From Balanoglossus misakiensis (Eukaryota > Animalia > Hemichordata): 64,000 bases of DNA. The position numbers were made by a program, and so were the translations under genes. Under the pieces are notes generated by a model that made no database searches, was not told the DNA's origin, and was given only the letters and a program-made list of their open reading frames with translations. Of this stretch, positions 11,906 through 21,736 are shown piece by piece (the first letter of the stretch is position 1; each line of letters begins with the position of its first letter). The DNA lies in assembly GCA_040954595.2 (NCBI GenBank), contig CM082588.2, positions 9,408,844 through 9,472,843 of the forward strand, read 5' to 3'.

Positions 11906-13355
11906 TGTAAGGAACATATGTTTAGCGCCACCACAGGCAGCACAGGAGCCAGCCCTGATGTTCTTTTGTTACTGTGGGTCAGAGATCAGAGGTGAGAGAC
12001 ACTCCAGGAAGGCGGGTTAGATGTGCACAGTGTAACTGCTCTGAGGAATCAAGACATCCAGTCTCCAATCCCGAGTAATCCTGTCTAAATTGGTGCCTGT
12101 TACGAAGCTGGTGACGTAAAGTTACTTGTGGTTATGTCTCAAGTGAAACGGATGCTGTTTTGGCGACGTTTGTGCCTGTTCGACTCTCTGTAGCAACCTG
12201 TTGGTGACCTAACCTGAGAGAGGTTCCGAGAAGTCAAGACATCCAGTTTTCAATCCAAGCAATCCTACCCGAACTGGTAAATATACGTTAACCCGATGAC
12301 CTGAAGTACTTTATAGTGATGTCTCAACTTGAATGAGTGCCATTTTGGTGTAATTTTGGTTGAAGTGAACTCTCCAAAATAACTTGTTGATTTTGGTGTA
12401 TTGTGTACGTGTCTATGCCGTCCTGTGTGTTCAACGACTGTTTCCATGATTTGTGGATGTTGCTGCAGCCAACTTGAGTTTACTGTTTTGTGTTGTATCC
12501 TGTTATCATGAACGCTATCCTGTTATCGTGAACGCTATCCTGTTGTTTCCGGTTCCACTGATACTTTGTGATATTTCCTAGCCAACTATTTTGTTTGTAC
12601 TTTTGAAGATACCGACGCGGAACATGTGCTTTATGCAAATTAGCAGTTGCTTGATATCTCCGTACTGTGTATTTACGTAGTTAGACTTTCATCGATCGCC
12701 AGTTTGCAAGTCCCATTTTGGTATTCTACGTTCTACGATTACTACAGTCAGCTGATTTGTACAGATGTGGATGTCCATGCTGATTTGCTGTCGGTGATTG
12801 CCATCTGCGAAGCGAAGCCCTAGAACTGTAGTTACCCCGGCTACCGCGTTGTATCCTCTGAAGTCAATTAGGTGTATTTATTGTGAACTATAAATTTATT
12901 GATCACGAACTGATGATTTAAACTTGGTGATTACATAAAACAATACTGTAGTTGTTACTTTACCATATATATTTAGTATTATTTATTTAATTATTATCAT
13001 CTAGTATTATTTATTCTATATTTTTCTTTATTTACTTTGGTCGATTCAGTTATCATATCGATCAAACTTTATATCAAAGACATCACAACATTGTATATTT
13101 ATATAGCAATTTTGCTGAACCAGTCAGAGTATTCAGTGTATATGAACCTGTATATTGTATCTCTTTTTGTATGTAATAATTATTCTGATTATCATTGCAT
13201 CATATTACTGGCTACCGAGTGTTACTTTGTTGATCAGACAACACCTACGCGAGCAAAATCCCCTACGACCATGCACTAGTCATTTATTATGCAGCCCTAT
13301 TCTAAATATTAATTATGATTATCCTGGTGGCTTATTTGGCTTCATATGGCTTACA
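11906..13355 (+). repeat. 5' LTR (1450 bp)
   Basis: TG..CA ends with a 6-bp terminal inverted repeat. No difference from 19754-21203 was seen by eye, and the paired ORF translations are identical. Internal 20-bp tandem TATCCTGTTATCRTGAACGC at ~12496-12544. Confidence 0.97.
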
Positions 13356-13360
13356 TAATT

Positions 13361-13378
13361 TGGCGCCCAACGTGGGGC
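13361..13378 (+). promoter_or_regulatory. Primer-binding site complementary to tRNA-Lys(CUU) (Lys1,2)
   Basis: TGGCGCCCAACGTGGGGC, 5 bp after the 5' LTR; this is the canonical 18-nt Lys1,2 PBS. Confidence 0.95.
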
Positions 13379-13566
13379 TGTGTTGTTGTTTATGCTATGA
13401 TATTTAGTTATTTACTCTTTGAGAGAAAGTGATCTTTGAATTTGTAAATCATTTTTTTTACATTTTCCGTGATTGTACTATTGTAATTTCATTTGACTAA
13501 GACATTTGACTAGTGTGGTCAGGGATCCCACTGCATTGTTATTTTTTTTGCATTTATCACGGTGTT

Positions 13567-13590
13567 TTCACTTACAAACATCTTGTTGTT

Positions 13591-13622
<32 letters not shown>

Positions 13623-13675
13623 TAGTGAAGTTCACTTACAAACATCTTGTTGTTTGTTTAGAAAAAAAAAATAGT

Positions 13676-13706
<31 letters not shown>

Positions 13707-13766
13707 TAGTGAAGTTCACTTACAAACATCTTGTTGTTTGTTTAGAAAAAAAAAATAGTGAAGTTC
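13567..13766 (+). repeat. Duplicated poly(A)-containing blocks in the Gypsy 5' leader
   Basis: TTCACTTACAAACATCTTGTTGTTT occurs three times (~13567, 13631, 13714), separated by A-runs ending in TAGTGA. Confidence 0.85.
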
Positions 13767-13901
13767 ATGCATTTCTTTTATCAAGTTTTCTTACGTTAAC
13801 GTGTACTGCTGCCTGTGGTGGCGTACTATAGTTTTGATTTGCTCACTCCAGTACAAACAAATTTGCATTTACTGTACTTGTATTTTTGTTGTATTGCAAT
13901 C

Positions 13902-16900
13902 ATGGCTACGGGTGGAGTTGATGATGAAGCTCAATGCTCAGTACTTGTTGATGATATTCCATTTGAATGTAGTAGACAAGAGATTGAAGAGCACATGAGT
14001 TCTGTTGGTGAAATTTACAGAGTTGTATTACCTTTTGATACTGTTACACAACAAAACATGGGTTATGGTTTATTTTTGTACGAAAATGAAATGGTAGCTC
14101 GTGAAGCTATGACTTCTTTAAACCGATCACAGTTAAGATCTTCATATATTACTGTTGCTCATGTACCATCTTTTATGAGAAAACAATTGAGACAACGAGA
14201 TGATGATGTTACTCCCACAACAACTTATGACCAGTCCACTGCACAACCAGACCGTCCACCACAGGGAAGACCATCTGCAGAACAGTCTACTACTAGTGTT
14301 CAGAATACAGTAACCAGGCCTTCAAGTGCAGTACAGCCTCAGATGACAGTACCTGCTACGTTATTTCAGCCACCCCGAATTTCTACATTTTCTGGGAATA
14401 CAAGCGGTAAAGCCGATGTTAGCTTCGAGTCCTGGAAGTATGAGGTGGAATGCTTGGTTGGAACTCACAGTACTGACATATTGTTGCCTGCAGTCAAGAA
14501 ATCCTTGAGAGGTCAGCCTGGAGAGATTGTCATGCGAATGGGACCTACTGTTTCTATAGATGCTATATTTGACAAATTAGAAGGGATCTATGGTATTGTG
14601 GAGAGTGGAGCTACATTGTTACAACAGGTCTACAATAGTGTCCAGAAAGAAGGTGAATCTGTTGCAGACTTTGGTTGCCGTCTCGAATTAGCTATACACA
14701 AGGCCAGAGAGCGTGGAGGAATAACTTCAGCAGCAGTGGATGAAACTCTACGAACTGTGTTTTGGCGAGGGCTAAGGGATGAACGAATCAAGAATGTCGC
14801 AAGGCACGAGTACAAGAACTGTCAAACTTTTGATAAACTACTACAGGTTGTCAGACTGGCAGAGGAAGAAGTACGAGAGTCTTGCAGTGAAGGTAGTACC
14901 AAGCTCGTCACCACTACAGCAAAGTACCCCAAGACCAGTAAATCCCAACAGTCGGTGGCATCTAGCAAAGACATTCCTGACCCAGCTGCAGAGATCACAA
15001 CGCTACGCAATACTGTGGAAAGCTTGACAGCAAGATTGGCTAAACTGGAACAGAGAGACATTTCAATAGACAGAGGCAGAGGTAGACCACGTGAACGAAA
15101 ACCTGCTAGAAGCCGAGGAAACTGTTTCAACTGTGGTGAAGGAGGACATTATGCGAGGAATTGCCCAAAACGGAAGATGGATGGAAGACCAACCAAACAT
15201 CCCACAAGTCAGCCTACAGTGCTCAATTGGTCTCAAAACCCAGAGAACATATTGTTGGCAAGTACTAATGTCATGAACCGGATTGTTGGTGAAGCAAATG
15301 AGGAAACTGCTTTTGTTAACGGCGTGCCCTGCAAAAGTCTCATCGACACTGGTTCTCAGGTAACAACAATCAGCGAGTCATTCTACAACCAGCACCTGTC
15401 CGACCAACCCATTCAGCCTTTGACCGACTTTCTGTCCATTGAAGGTGCCGGAGGCCAGAATGTACCATTCTTGGGATACGTAGAACTACAAATCACTTTC
15501 CCACTAGAATCTTTTGGGTGTGAAGATGCCTTTGATGTATTGACATTGATAGTTCCAGACAATAAGTACAATAGTCGAGTGCCTCTTACAGTTGGTACCA
15601 ACCTGATGAGTGAATGTCGACAATACTGCAGAGAGATGCGTGGTTCAAAGTTTATGAGACACACTGCGATGACATCTACCTGGAAAGCTGCATACAGTCG
15701 TCTGAACGCCAGAGACCGCTTCAGTGGATTGAATGGCAAGCTTGGTACAGTGAGGGCTAGTTTGAAACAACCAGTCAAGATATTAGCTGGTGAGACTACT
15801 GTGCTAGAAGGTACAGCTAAAGCTGGTCCCAAAGGCGATGAGTATGTTGTCGTTGTTGAGCCAGTTGATGGTACAGGACTATCTGGACATCTGATGATCA
15901 GCCCAGTTGCAGTTACGATGAGATGTGTTGGAAGGAATAGCCGTATTCCGGTTCAAGTCCATAATATCTCTGCAAAACCACTTACAGTGAGACCAGGGGA
16001 CATACTTGGTGAAGTCTATGCAGTAACATGGGCGGGACAACCTTCCAGCTATGAAGCATTGTGTAATCGACAATCGGTTAGTGGTCCTGTTGACATTGGT
16101 ACCAGAGGTCCAAAACAACCAAACCTGGAATTCAATTTAGAGAAGTCTCCATTGACCAGATCACAGAAAAGACAGGGATTAGACCTACTCCATAGGATGT
16201 CACCAGTCTTTGCCAAAGATGAAAATGATCTGGGATACACCACAGCTATAGAGCACAAAATACCTCTCACTGATGACAAACCCTTCCGACAACCATATCG
16301 CAGAATTCCACCATCCCAATATGATGAATTGAAAAAACTTCTGCAAAGTATGCTTGACAGTAACGTTATTCGAGACTCCCATAGTCCTTATGCATCACCT
16401 ATTGTTCTTGTTACCAAGAAGGATGGTTCGACGAGACTATGCATTGACTATCGTAAGCTGAATGCAAAAACTGTCCGTGACTCTTATGCACTACCTCGGA
16501 TAGAGGAATCTCTAGATGCACTGAGTGGTTCGCATTGGTTTACATCAATAGACCTCAAATCAGGATACTGGCAGATTGGCGTTGCTGAGGATGACAAGCC
16601 AAAGACAGCCTTTGTGACACCCCTGGGTTTTTACGAAGCAAACCGAATGCCGTTTGGACTGATGAACGCCCCAAGTACGTTTCAACGACTCATGGAGAAA
16701 TGTTTGGGTGACTACAACTTCAAACAATGTCTTGTTTACTTGGATGATATCATCGTATTTTCTGCTACATTCGAAGAACATCTTCGTAGACTAGAAGCAG
16801 TATTTAATCGCCTGATGTCATATGGACTGAAGGTAAAGCTGTCGAAGTGCCAGTTCTTTCAAAAGGAAGTGAAGTATCTTGGACATATCGTTTCAGCAGA

Positions 16901-19652
16901 AGGTGTGCAAACTGATCCTGAAAAAGTGTCAGCACTGAAGACTTGGCCAGTTCCACAAAATGCAAAGGAGGTGAAATCATTTGTTGGTTTTGCTGGTTAC
17001 TTTAGACGTTTTGTGCCAGGATTTTCCAAGATTTGCAAGCCACTTCATGAACTGATGGGAGGAAAGCCAACAAGAAAGAAGAAAGGACAGAAGAAAAATG
17101 AGCAAAGTCACAAGTCAGCTGATCCAGTATTCAAGTGGACTCCTGATTGTCAAACAGCGTTTGAGACCGTGATAGAGAAACTCACGTCATCACCTACACT
17201 TGGTTTTGCCAACTACAACTATCCTTTCGAACTGCATACTGATGCAAGTCATGTAGGACTGGGAGCCGCACTTTACCAGGAGCAAGAAGGAAGAAAGCGA
17301 GTTATAGCCTATGCAAGTAGAAGCCTCTCTAAAAGTGAGAAACACTACCCTGCACATAAACTAGAGTTCTTGGCTCTTCATTGGGCAGTAACAAAGAAGT
17401 TCCACGACTATTTGTATGGCAACAGATTCAAAGTAGTCACAGACAACAATCCGCTCACCTATGTCACTACAAGTGCCAAATTGGATGCCACGGGCCACAG
17501 ATGGTTAGCAGCCTTGTCCACATACAATTTTACCTTGGAGTATCGTCCCGGCCGTAGGAATGGAGATGCCGATGGCTTATCTCGCCGACCTCACAAACAT
17601 GATCTGTTGGAACAATCAAGTACACAAGAGCCAACAGTAGTAGTTTCTGAAAATGGAGTCAGAGCTGTCTGCCATTATCATGTGGACTGCCTCAACCATG
17701 ACCAGCATATGGATGCTGCGTACTCTGTAGTAGAAGCTGTGTGTGCATGTCCAGATGGAGTACCTGATGCGTTGGATACCCCGATACCATGGCCTGGTAC
17801 TGAATCATTGCCTTGCATTACTATGGACCAGTGGAATCGCCTTCAGCAGCAAGATGATGTAATAAGCCGTGTTTGTAAATATAAACAGAGGGAGAGATAT
17901 CCAAGTTCCGAAGAATGGAAAAAGGAATCCACAGAAGCACAATTACTTCTGAAGGAATGGAATCGTCTCTGTATTCGGAATGGCGTATTGCATCGCTGTC
18001 GCAAGACTGCTGAGGGTCTGACTGTGTACCAGTTGATTTTGCCCAAGGTCTACAGAGATGACGCTATGAGTGGTGTTCATGACCAAGTTGGCCATCTAGG
18101 AAAAGAACGTACATTGGATCTTTTGAGAGCCCGCTTCTATTGGCCCAAAATGTCTCAGGATGTAGATGCCAAGATTAACAGTTGCAAACAGTGTATACTA
18201 CGCAAAGCAACAGGAAGACTAGAGACTGCTCCATTGGTAAATGTACGTACATCGCAGCCCATGGAACTCGTCTGTATGGACTTTTTGACATTGGAGGAAT
18301 CAAAAGGAGGGATTGCGAATATTCTCATGATTACAGATCACTTCACGCGCTATGCTGTGGCAGTACCGACCAGGAACCAAACTGCGAAAACTACTGCTAA
18401 AGTGTTGTTTGACCACTTTCTTGTACACTATGGATTTCCCTCAAGATTGCATTCTGATAGAGGCCGTAATTTTGAATCCGGAGTGATCCAGGAGTTGTGC
18501 AGGATAACAGACATCAATAAATCCAGAACGACACCGTACCACCCGCAAGGGAACGGACAAGTGGAACGGTTCAACCGAACACTACTGAATATGCTTGGTA
18601 CATTGAGTGATGAGAAGAAACAAGATTGGAAATCATACGTTGCTCCTTTGGTACATGCGTACAATTGTACCAAGAGTGATGTCACTGGATATTCGCCGTA
18701 TTTCTTGATGTTTGGCAGACATCCACGATTGCCTGTTGATGTATGTATGGGTATAGCGCCAGAAGATGACAAAATAGTGAGTCACCACGAGTATGCTGAA
18801 TCCCTGAGAAGTCGACTTCAGTATGTGTATGAACTTGCATCGAAACAAGCTGAGAAAGCCGCTACCAGCAACAAGAATCGATACGACAGGAAAACACGTG
18901 AGGCTACACTCAGACCAGGTGACCGTGTTCTGGTGAGGAATGTACGAATTAGGGGAAAGCACAAATTGGCAAACCTCTGGGAAGAACAGCCATATAGAGT
19001 TGTAAAGCAACTTGACCCAAAACTCCCAGTCTACGTAGTCCGTCCAGAGAACCGTAGAGGATGTGAACGTACCTTACATCGTAACTTACTGCTACCATGT
19101 TCTGCATTGCCATGGCCTGGAACCTCCCAGCATGACAAAGGACAGTCATTATGTAGAAGAAAACAACATAGAGAAGTAAAACCACAGACGAAATATGGTG
19201 ATGAATCTACAGGATCATCATCAGAGGAAGAGGAAGATATGGTTGTTATTCCAGCTATCTTACCTGACAGTGAGTCTGGTGCAACTGTGGAAGCAGATAA
19301 TGAGCAGGATGACTTTACCCAATCTACTGATGAGCCTGTGACAAATGAGATGTCTGATGACAGAGTCCAGTGTGAGGACCAGGAGGATACTCCTATTGCA
19401 GTTGACGGTGTTAGATCCAGTGATGGCCATCACGATGAGGACGAGCACAATGAACCAACACTAGAGGATGAACCAGCACTTCGTAGGTCATCTAGAGTAC
19501 GGAAACCCCCTGATCGTCTAACTTACTCACAAGTCAGTGTGAAACCTGATTGGGCTGTTAGAGCTGAATTCCTTGCAGCTATGAAGACTCAGTTTACTGA
19601 TGAATCTAGTAATATTTGTAACGCAATTATTAATATCGTATCTCGAGTTTAA
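13902..19652 (+). CDS. Single-frame Gag-Pol polyprotein (~1916 aa): RRM, PNMA-like capsid, CCHC, aspartic protease, RT, RNase H, integrase
   Basis: First ATG at 13902 (ATCATGG). Motifs: RRM (VLVDDI / MGYGLFLY); capsid FSG..SFESW; CFNCGEGGHYARNC; LIDTGSQ; YLDDII; LHTDAS; H..GHLG..CKQC; integrase D-D-E (MDF, SDRG, VERFN); GPY/F region; acidic tail with RRSSRVRKPPDR. Confidence 0.97.
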   Translation: MATGGVDDEAQCSVLVDDIPFECSRQEIEEHMSSVGEIYRVVLPFDTVTQQNMGYGLFLYENEMVAREAMTSLNRSQLRSSYITVAHVPSFMRKQLRQRDDDVTPTTTYDQSTAQPDRPPQGRPSAEQSTTSVQNTVTRPSSAVQPQMTVPATLFQPPRISTFSGNTSGKADVSFESWKYEVECLVGTHSTDILLPAVKKSLRGQPGEIVMRMGPTVSIDAIFDKLEGIYGIVESGATLLQQVYNSVQKEGESVADFGCRLELAIHKARERGGITSAAVDETLRTVFWRGLRDERIKNVARHEYKNCQTFDKLLQVVRLAEEEVRESCSEGSTKLVTTTAKYPKTSKSQQSVASSKDIPDPAAEITTLRNTVESLTARLAKLEQRDISIDRGRGRPRERKPARSRGNCFNCGEGGHYARNCPKRKMDGRPTKHPTSQPTVLNWSQNPENILLASTNVMNRIVGEANEETAFVNGVPCKSLIDTGSQVTTISESFYNQHLSDQPIQPLTDFLSIEGAGGQNVPFLGYVELQITFPLESFGCEDAFDVLTLIVPDNKYNSRVPLTVGTNLMSECRQYCREMRGSKFMRHTAMTSTWKAAYSRLNARDRFSGLNGKLGTVRASLKQPVKILAGETTVLEGTAKAGPKGDEYVVVVEPVDGTGLSGHLMISPVAVTMRCVGRNSRIPVQVHNISAKPLTVRPGDILGEVYAVTWAGQPSSYEALCNRQSVSGPVDIGTRGPKQPNLEFNLEKSPLTRSQKRQGLDLLHRMSPVFAKDENDLGYTTAIEHKIPLTDDKPFRQPYRRIPPSQYDELKKLLQSMLDSNVIRDSHSPYASPIVLVTKKDGSTRLCIDYRKLNAKTVRDSYALPRIEESLDALSGSHWFTSIDLKSGYWQIGVAEDDKPKTAFVTPLGFYEANRMPFGLMNAPSTFQRLMEKCLGDYNFKQCLVYLDDIIVFSATFEEHLRRLEAVFNRLMSYGLKVKLSKCQFFQKEVKYLGHIVSAEGVQTDPEKVSALKTWPVPQNAKEVKSFVGFAGYFRRFVPGFSKICKPLHELMGGKPTRKKKGQKKNEQSHKSADPVFKWTPDCQTAFETVIEKLTSSPTLGFANYNYPFELHTDASHVGLGAALYQEQEGRKRVIAYASRSLSKSEKHYPAHKLEFLALHWAVTKKFHDYLYGNRFKVVTDNNPLTYVTTSAKLDATGHRWLAALSTYNFTLEYRPGRRNGDADGLSRRPHKHDLLEQSSTQEPTVVVSENGVRAVCHYHVDCLNHDQHMDAAYSVVEAVCACPDGVPDALDTPIPWPGTESLPCITMDQWNRLQQQDDVISRVCKYKQRERYPSSEEWKKESTEAQLLLKEWNRLCIRNGVLHRCRKTAEGLTVYQLILPKVYRDDAMSGVHDQVGHLGKERTLDLLRARFYWPKMSQDVDAKINSCKQCILRKATGRLETAPLVNVRTSQPMELVCMDFLTLEESKGGIANILMITDHFTRYAVAVPTRNQTAKTTAKVLFDHFLVHYGFPSRLHSDRGRNFESGVIQELCRITDINKSRTTPYHPQGNGQVERFNRTLLNMLGTLSDEKKQDWKSYVAPLVHAYNCTKSDVTGYSPYFLMFGRHPRLPVDVCMGIAPEDDKIVSHHEYAESLRSRLQYVYELASKQAEKAATSNKNRYDRKTREATLRPGDRVLVRNVRIRGKHKLANLWEEQPYRVVKQLDPKLPVYVVRPENRRGCERTLHRNLLLPCSALPWPGTSQHDKGQSLCRRKQHREVKPQTKYGDESTGSSSEEEEDMVVIPAILPDSESGATVEADNEQDDFTQSTDEPVTNEMSDDRVQCEDQEDTPIAVDGVRSSDGHHDEDEHNEPTLEDEPALRRSSRVRKPPDRLTYSQVSVKPDWAVRAEFLAAMKTQFTDESSNICNAIINIVSRV

Positions 19653-19744
19653 TCAATATGAGATCTGTACGACTGTAACAACATGCCAGAGCAATTTTTT
19701 TTTCATTAATAGTTTGTCCATGACGGGTCGTCATTCTATAAACC

Positions 19745-19753
19745 AGGGGAGAG
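19745..19753 (+). promoter_or_regulatory. Polypurine tract
   Basis: AGGGGAGAG immediately before the 3' LTR. Confidence 0.85.
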
Positions 19754-21203
19754 TGTAAGGAACATATGTTTAGCGCCACCACAGGCAGCACAGGAGCCAG
19801 CCCTGATGTTCTTTTGTTACTGTGGGTCAGAGATCAGAGGTGAGAGACACTCCAGGAAGGCGGGTTAGATGTGCACAGTGTAACTGCTCTGAGGAATCAA
19901 GACATCCAGTCTCCAATCCCGAGTAATCCTGTCTAAATTGGTGCCTGTTACGAAGCTGGTGACGTAAAGTTACTTGTGGTTATGTCTCAAGTGAAACGGA
20001 TGCTGTTTTGGCGACGTTTGTGCCTGTTCGACTCTCTGTAGCAACCTGTTGGTGACCTAACCTGAGAGAGGTTCCGAGAAGTCAAGACATCCAGTTTTCA
20101 ATCCAAGCAATCCTACCCGAACTGGTAAATATACGTTAACCCGATGACCTGAAGTACTTTATAGTGATGTCTCAACTTGAATGAGTGCCATTTTGGTGTA
20201 ATTTTGGTTGAAGTGAACTCTCCAAAATAACTTGTTGATTTTGGTGTATTGTGTACGTGTCTATGCCGTCCTGTGTGTTCAACGACTGTTTCCATGATTT
20301 GTGGATGTTGCTGCAGCCAACTTGAGTTTACTGTTTTGTGTTGTATCCTGTTATCATGAACGCTATCCTGTTATCGTGAACGCTATCCTGTTGTTTCCGG
20401 TTCCACTGATACTTTGTGATATTTCCTAGCCAACTATTTTGTTTGTACTTTTGAAGATACCGACGCGGAACATGTGCTTTATGCAAATTAGCAGTTGCTT
20501 GATATCTCCGTACTGTGTATTTACGTAGTTAGACTTTCATCGATCGCCAGTTTGCAAGTCCCATTTTGGTATTCTACGTTCTACGATTACTACAGTCAGC
20601 TGATTTGTACAGATGTGGATGTCCATGCTGATTTGCTGTCGGTGATTGCCATCTGCGAAGCGAAGCCCTAGAACTGTAGTTACCCCGGCTACCGCGTTGT
20701 ATCCTCTGAAGTCAATTAGGTGTATTTATTGTGAACTATAAATTTATTGATCACGAACTGATGATTTAAACTTGGTGATTACATAAAACAATACTGTAGT
20801 TGTTACTTTACCATATATATTTAGTATTATTTATTTAATTATTATCATCTAGTATTATTTATTCTATATTTTTCTTTATTTACTTTGGTCGATTCAGTTA
20901 TCATATCGATCAAACTTTATATCAAAGACATCACAACATTGTATATTTATATAGCAATTTTGCTGAACCAGTCAGAGTATTCAGTGTATATGAACCTGTA
21001 TATTGTATCTCTTTTTGTATGTAATAATTATTCTGATTATCATTGCATCATATTACTGGCTACCGAGTGTTACTTTGTTGATCAGACAACACCTACGCGA
21101 GCAAAATCCCCTACGACCATGCACTAGTCATTTATTATGCAGCCCTATTCTAAATATTAATTATGATTATCCTGGTGGCTTATTTGGCTTCATATGGCTT
21201 ACA
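19754..21203 (+). repeat. 3' LTR (1450 bp)
   Basis: Direct copy of 11906-13355, followed by the TACA TSD. Confidence 0.97.
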
Positions 21204-21517
21204 TACAGTATTCAGACCTTTCTGCCGTAATTCAACCAAAACCTGCATTGGGCATGATCTTAATGACCTCGAATGACCAGTTGTTGTCGGATATATGCAG
21301 GTCTTGATTCGGCGGCTCTTATCGTAATGAAGTCTGCATAAAAATTCCCCCTCCCCCACTGCAGCAAACAATGCATGTCTACCATAGACTCGACGGCGCT
21401 CACCACTACATAAATCTTGGTATTGAGACCGTGTACGTGGTGACAAAGCGCATATCATCGCCATCGTCAGGTTTGGCGTAGTACTGACTGGCTTACTTAT
21501 GAGTGAATGATTTCAAA

Positions 21518-21736
21518 TTTCAAATTTCCAACTTATAGCAATCATGTTGCTAAGGACGCCATCATGGTTAGTTCAAAATTCGCGCCACGCTGTTGTTATG
21601 TTAATTACATCTGTAAACGTGTTAATTTCGCATTTCAAATTTCCAACTTATAGCAATCATGTTGCTAAGGACGCCGTCATGGTTAGTTCAAAATTCGCGC
21701 CCCGCTATTGTTATGTTAATTACATCAGTAAACGTG
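21518..21736 (+). repeat. ~115-bp tandem duplication upstream of the Academ-like gene
   Basis: TTTCAAATTTCCAACTTATAGCAATCATGTTGCTAAGGACGCC.. at ~21518 and ~21633, with few mismatches. Confidence 0.9.

Larger units (their letters stand above)
11906..21203 (+). mobile_element. Full-length Ty3/Gypsy LTR retrotransposon, very recent insertion
   Basis: Two 1450-bp LTRs (TGTAAG..CTTACA) offset by 7848 bp. 4-bp TSD TACA (11902-11905, 21204-21207). PBS, PPT and an intact gag-PR-RT-RH-IN ORF are present. Confidence 0.98.
6804..21464 (-). pseudogene. Large multi-exon DDE-like (Academ/DUF6589-like) transposase gene with Cys-rich N-terminus, RING finger, zinc knuckle and C-terminal papain-like protease; disrupted by a Gypsy element and a MITE
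   Basis: Removing the Gypsy element plus one TSD joins ..QKGLNTV|GSMICHTC. Later exons splice in phase: ..ILSYFR|SQKCSTLEKD..DAYN|KKLLITL(MITE)NIDDYH, then the 7636-9914 exon, then 7428-7191, then 6983-6804 (LILFDSH..TAA). One in-frame TGA lies near 10817. Confidence 0.75.

Noticed and set aside
13815-13901. N-terminal 29-aa extension of the polyprotein
   Set aside because: It depends on a GTG start; the first ATG in good context is at 13902.
12265-21230. Duplicated small ORFs in the LTRs (60-80 aa) as accessory or env genes
   Set aside because: They are short, low-complexity and motif-free, and are duplicated only because the LTRs are. There is no room for env between pol (19652) and the PPT.
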